From Rhizodiscina lignyota (lineage: Eukaryota), in the NCBI GenBank assembly GCA_010015805.1, contig ML978121.1, positions 868,001-932,000 on the forward strand: a DNA stretch of 64,000 nucleotides, read 5' to 3'. Below, in pieces: positions 1-12,304 of this stretch. Position 1 is the stretch's first letter, and the number at the start of each line of letters is the position of its first letter. Made by a program: the position numbers and the translations under genes. The notes under the pieces are model-generated. The model worked only from the letters and a program-made list of their open reading frames with translations. It searched no databases and was not told the origin of the DNA.

Positions 1-482
1 GTAGGAGCGCGAAGAATATCTCGAACCACCGTACCATGCCAAGCATACGAGCGAAGCGCTTGATTTGTGATTGATGGTTGGCCAGATGCTTCGTTGGGTA
101 TACATTCGACCAAAACTGATCATCTTTCCCGAAGGCCACCTGAAGTTTGACTGGGTCCGCCTGGTGCCCTTGTCTCGCAAACATTGTCATCGTGTGATGG
201 AAAATATAGCTGCCCCCTTGCACACCCTGATTTAGCCAGCTTGCACCATGCTTGTTCTTGTCGATTGGGATGGAGAAGGCTTGTCCGCCGCAATAGCCTG
301 CGGCTTCGATGAGGGTTACGTCGAATTTGTCCGGGGGCTCGGCGAGATGATGTGCACAAGACATCCCTATACAATCAGTCAATTGCTCAGCCCTCGCATC
401 AATGGATGTATTAAGCGTCCGTACCAGCTGCACCAGCACCTACAACTAACACACGCTTCCTTTTCATCTCGTTCTTTGCCAT
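1..482 (-). CDS. FAD-dependent oxidoreductase / flavin amine-oxidase-like protein (5' part; runs off the window start)
   Basis: Manual translation: exon 1 MAKNEMKRKRVLVVGAGAAG (Rossmann GxGxxG), intron about 425-368, exon 2 MSCAHHLAEPPDKFDVTLIEAAGYCGGQAFSIPIDKNKHGASWLNQGVQGGSYIF...QFWSNVYPTKHL, open to position 1. Not in the ORF track. Confidence 0.85.
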
Positions 483-1186
483 GGTGGTTGGTAGGATTGG
501 CTCGCTTGAGTCTCTCATATGGTGATCAAGGAGGCCGATATTTCTGTATAACAAGGCAGGAGATGACAGCCCGCGCCCGTTCGAGTGATCTGGCCATGAT
601 AAAGAAGAAACAATCGCGTTGTTGTATGTGGTGCGTCATTGACAGGATGGAATTGGGTTGGTCGGAAAACCCCCGATCTGCACCTATCGATGAGCCGCGC
701 TAGGATCTTGCATATCATCTCATCTCGCGTTGGTCACCTTCATTCGGTGCCATCATAATCCCCCTGATTCAAAGCATCATCATTCATACCTCCCTCCCTG
801 TATCTGAAGTCGCATGGCATCACTTTGCTGCTAACTAGACGATGCTGGATATCTGTTTGGTGTCCTCGACATGCGTCCTTCGTACTCCGTGGAGCTTACT
901 GGACATCTCCTAGCCCCTTTCAGTTACTCTGTCCTAACATCTGCCTTACAGCCTAAGAGATATATTAATGTTCTTCAGGTATCTTCCTCATATTGTCTTG
1001 TATTCAACTGAGCGGTCTGTTCTAAGTTCATTCCTTCGTGCTAATAATCGATGCCCGAGAGCAGCAGTCATCCGACATGTTTGCGCGACTGATAAAAGTA
1101 GCCCTCATTGACTTACTCGCCTTATATGAACCTCACTTTAGAAGGATCGGTTGCTCCGCCTCTCTCTTATTTCCCTCACTGCAATT

Positions 1187-2159
1187 ATGGATCGCAATCC
1201 AAATACGGAATCCACATCCGCATGCTCACGAGTCTTCTCAATAGCCGAATTGGTTGAGCTTATTCTTCTCTGCGTTGAGCCTGACAACTTCAATCTGTGT
1301 TGCGCTCCAAGAGTCTGCCGATTCTGGTACGATGTCACTGGGAAGGAGGGACCATCTATTCGAAAGAAACTTTTCCTGCCGCTGAGCGCTGACGAACCCC
1401 ACAATTCCGCCGCTACAGATGAAGATACGTATGCCCCTAATCCTTGGGTTGAGACACGACTTGAACCATTTCCCCCTCGGTACGTGGGATGGTGCGGTGC
1501 AACGATTTTCTTGGAGCATTTGACTAGATGCATCGGAACGCAAACGAGCGTCAAGAACGCTAAATTATTCGAGCCGCATGCAAGTTGGAGATGGATGCTC
1601 CCGTATCAACCCCCTTGTACGAGACTCCGTATCATTGAGTGTGTCCACTCCCCGAAATACGGTCCGTGTAGGCACGCTCTCATCTGCCTCCCGAACCGAT
1701 GAGTCTTTCCAAACAAGTGTCACAAGATCTCCTCAGTTTGAAGGAGATGGCTGGGGTGGAAAAACAATAGGTATGGGGCTTCTGTATCAGACTGTTCATA
1801 CGTATCTTTTGGAAGGTCCGTGGAACCGTTTCTGCCTACTGAACCCTTCACAATGTACCGATCTTTTCGCGGCGGAGATGCATGAGCAATTTCGTTGCAT
1901 ACGGCCGATATGTCTACGCTGCTTCCTTGTGGAGTTGAAGCGGCTGCATCCAGAGGTAGGGAGCGCTGAAAACAATGCAGGAACTGTAACACTTCTACTT
2001 ATGACTAATCTTGAAGGCATATCAGGCTGGAACGGCCAGGTTTGGGTGATGAAAGGCAGGAGAGATGCCTTCACAAGCTTGGCTTTACAAAATTATCAGG
2101 GTGTTGATTCGCGTGATAGGAATCAAGTCGTTTGGGAATTTGAGTCACCGATATCTTGA
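1187..2159 (+). CDS. F-box-like domain protein
   Basis: N-terminal VFSIAELVELILLCV...RVCRFWYDV...SIRKKLFL is the fungal F-box-like pattern. It continues in a second frame (ORF 1578-2159); the junction near 1665-1745 (intron or frameshift) is unresolved. Confidence 0.6.
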
Positions 2160-2292
2160 TGGAGTCTTATATTTTCATAGACTGACCTCCGGTCACCATG
2201 CCGGCGTGCTACCCACATGAGCATGTGCCTGGCACACCGGCCTCACATACCTGTATACTCCAATTCCAGTTGAATGAAATTGGGATCCTCAT

Positions 2293-2799
2293 TTAGTGCG
2301 TGTGGTCATGTGGATGCGGATGCGTTGGGTCAACCCAATACACCGTCTCCGGTTTCTCCGCCGGCTCAACGTCTGGTAGATTGATCGCAATCGCCTCGCC
2401 GTCACTCCTCGTCAAAACACACTTCAATTCCTCGTCTTCGCTCGCATTGATCTCCTGGTGTGGAACATAGGGCGGAACATAGATGAAATCGCCGGGACCT
2501 GCTTCCGCTGTGAACTCAAGTTTCTCGCCCCATCGCATCCTTGCCTTGCCGGAGACGATATAGATGATTGACTCGAGATGGCCGTGGTGATGAGCTCCTG
2601 TTTTTGCGTTGGCATGAATGGTCACTGTGCCTGCCCACAGCTTTTGAGCTCCAACCCGGGCAAAGTTGATGGCGGCTTTGCGGTCCATGCCAGGGGTTTG
2701 CGCGGTATTGGAGTCAAGCTGATCTCCTGGGATAACGCGAACGCCTGAACCTTTCCAGGAGTCCTCAGGCTTCGGAACGCCAGTCAATGCTTCTGCCAT
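2293..2799 (-). CDS. Cupin (RmlC-like) domain protein, intronless
   Basis: Cupin motif 1 GAHHHGHLESIIYIVSG and motif 2 GPGDFIYVPPYVPHQEIN. Confidence 0.9.
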   Translation of the reverse strand: MAEALTGVPKPEDSWKGSGVRVIPGDQLDSNTAQTPGMDRKAAINFARVGAQKLWAGTVTIHANAKTGAHHHGHLESIIYIVSGKARMRWGEKLEFTAEAGPGDFIYVPPYVPHQEINASEDEELKCVLTRSDGEAIAINLPDVEPAEKPETVYWVDPTHPHPHDHTH

Positions 2800-3031
2800 G
2801 GTCGTGTTTGTCCAGATATCCTCCTGATTACCCAGTTGCTTCCCGAGGAGAGGACAGTCCTAGCTCTTCCGATATCTGATATTAGGGGAGGTAGATCAAC
2901 AAGAGTGTCGGGTGTGAGAATTAATTGCAAGAGCGTAGGTCACCGAGAGTTATGAAGAGAGATGAGTGAAATATAATTTTATATTTCAATTCCAAATGAG
3001 GTCGCCGATGTAAGTACAAAAACCCCGAGGT

Positions 3032-3044
3032 CCCCGCCGCGGGG
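3032..3044. promoter_or_regulatory. Inverted pair of SYGGRG (CreA/Mig1-type) motifs in the divergent cupin/carboxypeptidase promoter
   Basis: CCCCGC-C-GCGGGG palindrome about 85 bp upstream of the carboxypeptidase ATG; motif match only. Confidence 0.3.
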
Positions 3045-3127
3045 TTGTTACCCGATACGCTGACTCGCCCTCTGAATGGTACCATCGAAGCGCATTCTCT
3101 CTGGCCTTAGCGTACCAAATCTTCAGA

Positions 3128-4743
3128 ATGGGTTTAAAGACTATTTTCGTACTTCTATCAATACTTACTTTCTCATGGTGCTCCCAAGTTCCGCTCCAGT
3201 CATGGACCGAAGAGCTCGACACTTATCAAGTCTTCCAATCTGACATCTCTCCACAGCACAGCATCCGTATTAAGCGACAAAATGACACCATCTGCGATGC
3301 TCATTCTGTCCAATACACTGGCTGGCTCGACATTGGCACATCTCATCTCTTCTTCTGGTACTTTGAGTCTCAGCATGCGCCGAAGGACTCTCCGCTTACG
3401 CTCTGGCTTACTGGTGGGCCTGGCGGTTCCTCTATGCTTGGAATGATGCAAGAGCTGGGACCGTGTCTGATCAATGAGCATGGCAATGGAACTGTGTTCA
3501 ATGAGTATGGCTGGAACAAGAGGAGCAACATGATCTTCGTGGACCAACCAGCTGGCGTTGGGTTCTCATACGTGGATGAAGGTACGCCGGTACCGGACAA
3601 CAGCTTCAGCGCGGCATCAGATATGGGATTATTCCTGCAACTGTTTGTGAGCCAGGTGTTCCCATATCTATTGGAGAGTCCATTCCACATTTCAGGAGAA
3701 AGTTATGGCGTAAGTGGTTCCAATTCGTCCCTGATGGAATTGGGTCACGTGCTCAATATTCAACCCGGTGTCCTGTGGGGAAATGTAGAAGAGCATGATT
3801 AGGAGGACCGGGACCTCTTTCACCTCTTACAAGTGTATGCTGATATCACCAGGGCCATTACATCCCGGCTCTGGGTGCACAAGTCGTGCGGCAGAACGCG
3901 CTCTACCCCTCTCGCCCACGCGTAAACCTACAGTCGGTCCTCATCGGTAACGGTCTATTTTCGTTTCTCGATTCCGCCTTCGGACACTGGTCCACGCTCT
4001 GCACAACCCTCCCTGGAGTCGATGAGCCAGTATTCAATTCCACCCGCTGCGACATCCTAGCCACCAACCTGCCACGTTGCATGGATCTCGCACGCGTCTG
4101 CTACTCCCATCCCGACCCCGCAATCTGTCAGGCCGCCGGACTCATATGTTGGGACGGCGTGATCAAGTACTATGACTCAGAGAGCGGGAAAGGCGGGCGG
4201 AACAGGTTCGACATTACCGCCCCATGTGACATTGACGATTTCTGCTACGCGAACACGGCACTGATAGAGGAGTATTTGAACATGCCGCACGTGTTTGAGG
4301 CGCTGGGTGTGCCGAAGAAGCATGTCAAAGCCTTCAACGTGTCTAGCGACGCGATTATGATGGCGTTCACACTGGGCAATGACCTCGAACTGTCGATGAC
4401 CCCGCAGGTGCAGTATCTGCTAGCGGACGGTATCGATGTGTTGATCTACCAAGGGAAGTTGGACTTGGCGTGCAATACGCAGGGCAACATAAGATGGTCG
4501 GAAAGTGTTCCTTGGAAAGGGCAAGCGGAGTTCTGGGCGAAGTCGTTCAAGAGGTGGGAGTCTGGAGGAAAGGAAGTTGGAGAATTTAAGGAGGTGAATA
4601 TCCAAATGAGCGAGGAGCATAAGAAGAAGACACGGTTTGCTTTTGTGACTGTGGACAAGAGCGGTCACATGGTCCCCCAAGACCAGCCGGAGGTGGCATT
4701 GGACCTGATGCTCAGGTGGATTGAAGGAAAGAGCTTCGAGTAG
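3128..4743 (+). CDS. Secreted serine carboxypeptidase, family S10
   Basis: Signal peptide; [26 protein letters not shown] (catalytic Ser), DLACN (Asp), SGHMVP (His); intron about 3710-3852. Confidence 0.93.
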
Positions 4744-4963
4744 TCTGATGGAGGGTTAAATAGAAAGGACATTTACTGAACAGATCCACATGCAGACAAA
4801 CTTTTCTGCGAAAAAAGAAAATGTGGTTGAAGAAATCAGACACCCACAGGCTCCATGTATCGTAGGATATAGATAGTTGTCTACCAGAAGGATTGCAAAG
4901 GGGTCATTATATGCACATTCGGGAACAGGGTGGAGAAGCGTTCCTGAGTCTTTTGGTCCAAAG

Positions 4964-6797
4964 CTATGGCTTGTCTTCGTCAGGATCATCTTTGGGTTGG
5001 AAACTCAGCTGTAGCCATTCTGTTAGCTCCTCAATCACAACAGAAGTCATATACAGTCACTCACCTGGTTTCCATTGTACCAAGTCTCGCCTTGTTTTCC
5101 TTTCTCGTCCTCTCTTTGATCAGCAAATGTCCTGACTCGGATTCCGCCTGGCTGTCCTCCTGCCCTTCGACCTTCGTCTTTCGCTTTTCCTCTCTCCTCC
5201 ACTTCATCTGCCACATCCTTAGACGCAGTTTCGCCTCGACTTTCTCCGCCTTGAGCTCCAACTTGTCTGCCAGCTTGCCCACTTTCTGTACCACTCGAAG
5301 CATCTGCATCATTAGCACTGCCTCCCCAGCCAAGTATACCTCCCAGGACTGAGCCGGCGGTGCCGATTGTGCTGCTTACGAGACCCAACGCTCCACTAGC
5401 AGCGCCGTACACCATACCCTGTATCCCACCGTTGCCTCCCGAATAGGCTTCGGTGCCTCCTTGCACAGCTACAAGGACGAGGGTCGCGCTGGGAAGCAAG
5501 TCCAGGTCCGCAAGGCTCTGGCCTTCCTCTGCAACCTCGATGCTCCGACTTGGTAAAGGATTGCAGACTTGCTTGAAGGTATATGCTGGCGGTCTGCTCG
5601 TATGTGCATCTTCTGCCGCAGCTTCATCAATCCAGTTTCTCACGTCTTTCGCTAGTGTTGCCGTCGCCGGAAACGGTGACCTGAGCGTCCTTCCTGAGAA
5701 TAGCCGCACTTGTATATTTGCCGTACCCGCAAGTCCACTTCTCCGACTCGGATTTCTTCTTGCGCCATCCTGCGGGCCATCCACCTGATCTGGCGATGCG
5801 GGCATCTGCGACATTGTCGCCTGCTCACTCTCCTTTCTCAACCTTTCCCGTTCTTTCCTCGCGGCTTTGTCTGCTTCAATGGCTGCCATTACACGTTCCT
5901 TCTCTTTCTTCGCCGCTGCTAGCCGTTGACGCTGTTGTGCTGCATAGTCGACTCTGGCACTCTGTGGAGCTCCTGATTGTGAGCTACGACTTCGTGCGCT
6001 GGCAGCACGCAGGCGTTCCGTCTCGGCAGCTTGCTGGCGCTCGTGGTCTGCCTCAACGCGCGTCGTGCGGTCGGGGAAGAGGGACTGAAGATTGGATGTC
6101 TCGTATGAAGGTGGTTGTTGGTTGGAATCGCTGGGCTGTGGCGCGGAAGATGATGCTACAGGTGGTGATCGGTCGGTGGAGGGGGTTAGGTCAGAGGCAG
6201 GTGCGTCCGAAGCTGCCGGTAGCGCGCTTTCTTGGTGTCCTGCGGAAGATTCTGGGGGTTGATTTGACGTATGCGATTCTCCTTCTGTAGCTGCAACTGG
6301 TTCAGACCGTTGATCTGCTGCTCCGACTGTGGCAGAGGAGCCATCTTGTTCTCCCAAGGCAGCTTTCACTCTTCTCACAAACTCAGGCTGTTCTACTCCA
6401 CCAATAATATGCTCTATTAATTGTCCATTTCTTATGAAAATCAGTGCGGGTATGGTGTCAATCGGGCAGAATGCGGAGAGAAAGCCAGCTTCTTGTGAGC
6501 CTGACTCTATGCGGAGGATGACCGCATGCGCGACAACGTCGGAAAGTAGCTTGACGTAGTTAGTGATAGGAATGGCGATTTAGGTTCCTAGAGATAGAGC
6601 TGTATGAGATGCGTACAGAATCGTCCTTCAACCAATCATTTTCCCATCGTGCGCTCTCTTCTCCGTCGTCTACCAGTTGTCAACTCTCATCGTTACAGTC
6701 AAGCTTGCATTTGCGTACCTCGAACGAAGCATGCGACGATCTTGTTCTGCTGTATCGCAAGTGCGATGCCGCTCTGCAAATCTCCTTCATGGAACAT
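4964..6797 (-). CDS. UBX domain protein (UBXN4/Ubx7-like Cdc48 adaptor)
   Basis: Exon 1 MFHEGDLQSGIALAIQQNKIVACFVR; coiled coil KKEKERVMAAIEADKAARKE; UBX IQVRLFSGRTLRSPFP...LDLLPSATLVL; C-terminal YNGNQ|LSFQPKDD across an intron. Confidence 0.88.
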
Positions 6798-8318
6798 TGT
6801 GTGGGGAAGATAGGAATGTAGGTATAGAGCTCTGACAGCTCCAAAGCTCAAAGGTGGCGTTTACAAATGACCTCAGAATCAGCTGCAGGGGTCTACGCAG
6901 CAGCCGCCGAATTCGCCTGGCTCTTTTGCCAGGGGAGTCTCACTTTAACACAACGTCTCAGCAATACGTTCACCATGTAATTGGTTACGTCTAACACTTC
7001 GTTGCAAGCAATGTGATGCAGAGTATAAATGCATGATTCCTTTGATTAACATCTTTTACATGCCGGAAATGTCACTCTACGCACAAGTAGATATCGTCAA
7101 CTTTAGGTCTACTATTTCACTAACTGCGACCAATTCCCAAATATCTAGGCGTACGAATAATAGACATATTAAGGGCCGATTCAGAAACTCAGCCTAAGCA
7201 GTAGCAGGCTTCTCATTGGAAAGCTCGAGAAGAAGTGTCAGAGTTTCCAAAGTAACGAGCGACAAAGTCGAATAGCTATTTCGGACAGGCGAACGGCTCG
7301 TTCAGTGACAGTTCGACAGGAGTTTCTCAATGCTAAACACAATTGCAAAGAGAGCAGCGCATGCAATCCACGATTGTGCTACCTTTCGGTTTCTGCCCTG
7401 CCGTTCGAGGGCAAGCTGTCCCTGGATTCGAGATTCTGCTTCCACATCTGCGCCGCTTGCACAGCCGTGAGGAAGCAGAGGCGTCGTCTTCTCAGTCCTG
7501 AACACAAACACCTGAAATCAGTCTTTGGCATGGTAACGAAGATTGCTGCATTCAAGTCGACTGCGTCACATCGAGTCAGGCGAGATGTTGAACCTCGACC
7601 TCTTCACGGTCAGGCGCGTATCGCGAATCCTTGCAGATGATCTACTCTAGAACAATAACAGACTAGCGCATACTCTCATCACGGTTTATAAGTTGACGTT
7701 TCTCGTCTCACCACATCGATTTCTACTTCTCTGGGCTCTCACAGCGGCAGCTTCGATATCAGCGCTCCTCTCTTCGCCAGTGACCTCCAATATGGACCGA
7801 GTAACGACCTGTGCTGTTCATAATGACTTCGTTACTTCGGAAGTTGCCATTCGCCCTTGGAGTTAGGGGGCTGTGGCTCTCCAGCCAAGCCGCCATCGAC
7901 CCCTATTCGTGCCCGCTGTCCAGCACATGCTGCATGCTTTAAACAAAAATCACGGTTTCGTGAATCCCCGGCCTAGTGTGAGCGTTATACGAAAATGGTG
8001 GCAAAGCCGTACACGCGCAATTTCATTCGTCGATACGAACCTGCTCCGATTTCTTGATTCGCATTCCGAAATAGCACATGTGCCACAACCAGCCCAGAGC
8101 TTTTAAGCCGCTTCCCGTGCCCTTGCAGCAGCAGTAGCCCTTTCTGTTGAAGAGTGGTGAAGCTGAACGCTAGTTAAGAACCCCACCTATCCTTTTCACA
8201 GCACCCCGTACTTTGTACGACAGCAACCTTTTTCAACCGTCATGATGTTCTCTTCAAGTCTGAAAGCCAAATGAAAAACATTAGCCACCGTCGATGTTGA
8301 TGATCCTGGCATTCTGCA

Positions 8319-9754
8319 ATGATCCTCGACGTTCGGACACATTGTGTCCGCCTCTCCTTGATTATTCGCCTTGCTGAAATCACCTTGATCCTGCTTCTGG
8401 TACTCGCTTTGCTGGCCTGGCGCGATGAGAATCAACGCAAACTGCTTTTTGGCTGGGAAATAACGGAATTTGATGCGGACACCGATGTGGAGGCGTCTGC
8501 TGTCGATGATGAACCCCCAGATCTAAACGCGCCGGACGACAGCTGCAACGCTCTCCGTGGTGCCGAAGATGTAGTAGTGACAGTTAAGACCGGCGCTTCA
8601 GAGGCGTCACACAAAATTCCGATACAAATGTCGACTAATCTACGCTGCGCTCCGAATGTTTTCATCTTCTCGGACATGGAACAGGACATTGGAGATTATC
8701 ACCTGTATGACGCACTGGACACCATCTCGCGTGCGACAAAAGAGGGGAACGAGGACTTTGATCTCTATCGTCACCAGCAGCAGTTGAAAGCCGCCGGCCA
8801 GGATGTCACGGCATTACACGATGTAAAAGACGCAGCTTGGAGTCTAGACAAATACAAAAACACGCACATCGTCGAAAAGTCATTCGCACTGGAGCCTAAC
8901 AAGAACTGGTACCTGCACATCGACGCCGATACCTATATAGTATGGTCCAGTCTCCTCCCATGGCTGGAAGAACTCGATGCTTCGAATCACCTTTACGCAG
9001 GCTCCATAACCTGCTTTGGCACTGGGACTGCTGCTCACGGCGGAAGCGGCATTCTACTTTCTGGTGCCACGATGCATCTGTTTGCCTTTGAGCATAACGA
9101 CACTGCTGCATCATGGGATCCTAAAGTGCATGACAATTGCTGTGGCGACTCGATTCTGGGCCAAGCACTTAATGCATACGGGATAAATGTTACCAACGCA
9201 TGGCCTATCTTTGATGGCTTCACCCCGGCTACAGTGCCATTCGGTGCTGACCACTGGTGTCAACCGCTCGTTACTTTGCACCACATGTCGCCGTTCGAGA
9301 TGGAGGAGATGCATAGCTTCGAAGAGCGAAGGCTGAATGGGAATGTGAGTGGCACAATACCGAGCCGATGCTCCCGAACTTTAACTGATGTGAACACTTG
9401 CAGAATCCATTGCTGTATTCTGAGCTTTACAAAGATCTCGTCGCTGAGATGATTCCTGATTCCCGCAAAGGCTGGGACAGTATGCCGATTGGCGAGACCA
9501 TTTCGGATATTGGCTCTGCGAAAGCCTGTGAGAAAGCCTGCAGGAATAACCCACAATGCTTTCAGACCTCTTACGATGGCGACAATTGCATCTTAGGCAC
9601 CGACAGCTTCAGACTTGGGGAGAACCGCACGACTGATGGTAAAAGATGGCAGAGTAGCTGGAACAAAACGCGCATATCCGAATGGATCGCAGCACAATAT
9701 CCTTGTGGCGAGGCTAAATTCGGCTTCAGATACGATCGAGCATGCACAGGTTGA
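8319..9754 (+). CDS. Glycosyltransferase family 31 (Fringe-like) with C-terminal PAN/apple-like Cys module
   Basis: N-terminal TM; VKTGASE, WSLDKYK, DxD in HIDADTY, HGGSGILLS, CCGD, VTLHH; intron about 9344-9403; C-terminal CEKAC...CFQ...C. Confidence 0.88.
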
Positions 9755-9899
9755 ACGGCCCCTCAACATACGCTACATTCAATACCACTTTACGAGAATG
9801 AACGTGTTGCATTCTCAACCGGATTCTTCATTCACGTCAACAGCAATTCTGTATAAAATACAGCTGGCCCGAAATCCCTGGCGTCTGCACCTCAACGTA

Positions 9900-10791
9900 T
9901 CAAGTTTGAGCTGGGAGTTCGAGCCTTTCAGGAAATTGTTTAGTGGCCAATTCCATTGGTCCGTCGGGAGACATTTCATGTGGTTGTGCAATGTACGTAT
10001 ACGACGCACTAAGCAACTGCGAGTGTTTCTTGGAGCCCTTTCCGCCATCAAGTTCAGCAGCGTGTTGCCTCTTTTTCTGTTTCCCTTCGAGAACACGCGA
10101 GGCGAGAAATCCCAGGCTGAAGACCAAAAGTGCTCCGAGCGCTGATCCAACACCAATGCCCGCCTTTGCCCCAACAGATAACCTAGTTGCTGGAGCCATG
10201 CTATTATTAGGAGGGTTCCTTGTTCCGTTGGCGGCTGCTTTCGGCGAGGCTGTTGATATTGCTTGGAGGAGGGGAAGGGAGACAGCGTCTTTGTGGTGCT
10301 CCCAGTTTGAGCAACAGTCGCTGGCATTTTGTCCGCAGCACCAGCGTGTTGTGTTCCACGAATCACTACAAGGTGTGATGGACGCCGTATCCTACAGAAT
10401 TACAGTTAGTACCTGGTACTAGTCTCGTCAAAAGATTAGTTTTATTGCGTACGTCCGTTGGACACACCGACTTCAAGCACCCTTGCCATGTAGGGGAGGT
10501 GCAGTACTCGCGGTAGTAGTTGTAAACCACTCCATTGACATTGTTGTAAACAGCCTGGCAGAGGCCATTAGGCAAACAAATATCGCTCGTCGAATGTCCA
10601 GGAGTATTCTGGCCCGAAGCAACTGTTCGGTTAATTGCGCAGCACATCGAAGTCGATCCGAGCACCCAGTTGCAAGGCCGAAACTCGTAATCTGTCACCG
10701 CCTCTTGCGTCTGCTTATAGCATGTAAATTGAGCTCTTGTTCTGCTTGTGAAAAGTAGCACAAGAATGAGCAATGGCCTAAGAAAGAACAT
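9900..10791 (-). CDS. Single-pass membrane protein with Cys-rich ectodomain (Mid2-like TM)
   Basis: Signal peptide MFFLRPLLILVLL; SMCC, CLPNGLC, YYREYCT..W..C, WCCG; TM LSVGAKAGIGVGSALGALLVFSLG; one intron about 10452-10392. Confidence 0.8.
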
Positions 10792-11435
10792 TCTCAACAA
10801 ATAAGAAGGGCGAGAATCGTTCAACGAATATGCTCGTACGTAGGGCTCGAAGCGAAGGTTACCAAAGAATGTACTGCATCCATGGCATCAGCTCCTTTTC
10901 AATATAACCCTTCTTAGTCCAAGCGGGTGCAAGGCTGAAGGATCATCAGCACAGCAACATCAATAGCTTTCGAGCTATCATTTGAACGCATTGATTCGCA
11001 TTAGACGATGCACATGTTGGGTCATTGGATGTAAATTGCATAAAAACATTGGCTGTGCATGCACACTGAGCCGAAAACAGGGAGCGCCAAAAGACGAAGC
11101 CAATGCGGTTACCCGCGGTGCGTTGGCTTCAGCCTTCTGCTACATTCTGAATTTCGCAGATGGCTAAGTGGCTTGAACTAACCAACAGTTCAAGGACATG
11201 AGACGATAGATGACCGACGGTCAAAACCAACGGCATCTATGGAATGAGAATGAGAAAATGAATTGATACTTCAAAGCTACAAGTTCCGTCTGGCGCTACT
11301 GACTTCTCAAGAGGGAATGTACTAGAGCTTAAGTAACATTTGATTCCCGTGAGGCTGCACTTCAGCCTCGTTAATAAAGTAAATAGGACGCGGAGGTGGC
11401 AGCCTCGTAAGCGGCATTGGTAGTTGGTACACCGT

Positions 11436-11769
11436 CAGTGTTCCCATCCAATCAATCGTAATCAAGCTTTGTTTGAACTGTTTGAACTTTCTTGGTTTCA
11501 TAACTTAATTATTATAGCATTCGTTAATTAAAAAGACCTTTAAAGCTTTAATACCATAAAACTTATTATTCTCATTCTAAAGATTTAATTTTCATTCTAA
11601 AAACACTGTCGTTTAAAAGATCTTTATTATAATCAAATGTGGTTGCTTGGTAAACGATTTAAATCGATTTAGATTATTGATATCAAATCAAATTAAATCA
11701 AACTATTATATAATCAAATATTATCCAATCAAACAAAACCGTTTGGCATTTGATTTGATGGGGACACTG
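11436..11769. mobile_element. Non-autonomous hAT-type MITE (334 bp)
   Basis: Left end CAGTGTTCCCATCCAATCAA matches the reverse complement of the right end (CAGTGTCCCATCAAATCAAA). Flanks are 8-bp direct repeats TACACCGT (11428-11435) and TGCACCGT (11770-11777). The interior is very AT-rich with repeated AATCAA motifs and no transposase. Confidence 0.85.
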
Positions 11770-12304
11770 TGCACCGTAGCTTCAAATCTGACGTGGTTGT
11801 CGTGGTCAATGATGTTTGGCCTAGCGTCGACATTTTAACTACTCCAAAAGTAAGCTGAACAGTGCACTAACCTCCGGTACTCCTTTTCTCGCCCGCCACA
11901 TCCTTCATATCTCTTTCCCTTTGCGTGTATTTCTCGCCCTATCCGTTTCGATATACGGGCAACTTGATTCGAAATTGCCGGGACTACGCAGTAATGGGTA
12001 CAACAGGCTATCATAAATGCACAGACGGAAACTGTATGCATTCCTTTTCGGCAGTTGAACATCTCTCTACTCCGCATTTTCTAACCCACGGCGAGGATCT
12101 ACCGCCGAGATTCACCGTGAGTATAAGATGTTCCCAAGCCGAGTTGTAAAGATAGAAACACATCAATCTTACAAAGTTGTCGCGGCCTTTCATACTTTTG
12201 CGCAAGTAGCCTTGACTCTCGATTAGCCACTGCACAACCTGTACCATATCCCATTTCTTGCTTTATTTCAGCATTTCGTCCTTTTCCACTCTGCTTTACT
12301 TAAA

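Noticed and set aside
248..703. 151-aa plus-strand ORF
   Set aside because: Antisense shadow of the FAD oxidoreductase exons on the minus strand; no motif of its own.
11647..11838. Short AT-rich ORF
   Set aside because: Lies mostly inside the MITE and shows no transposase similarity.
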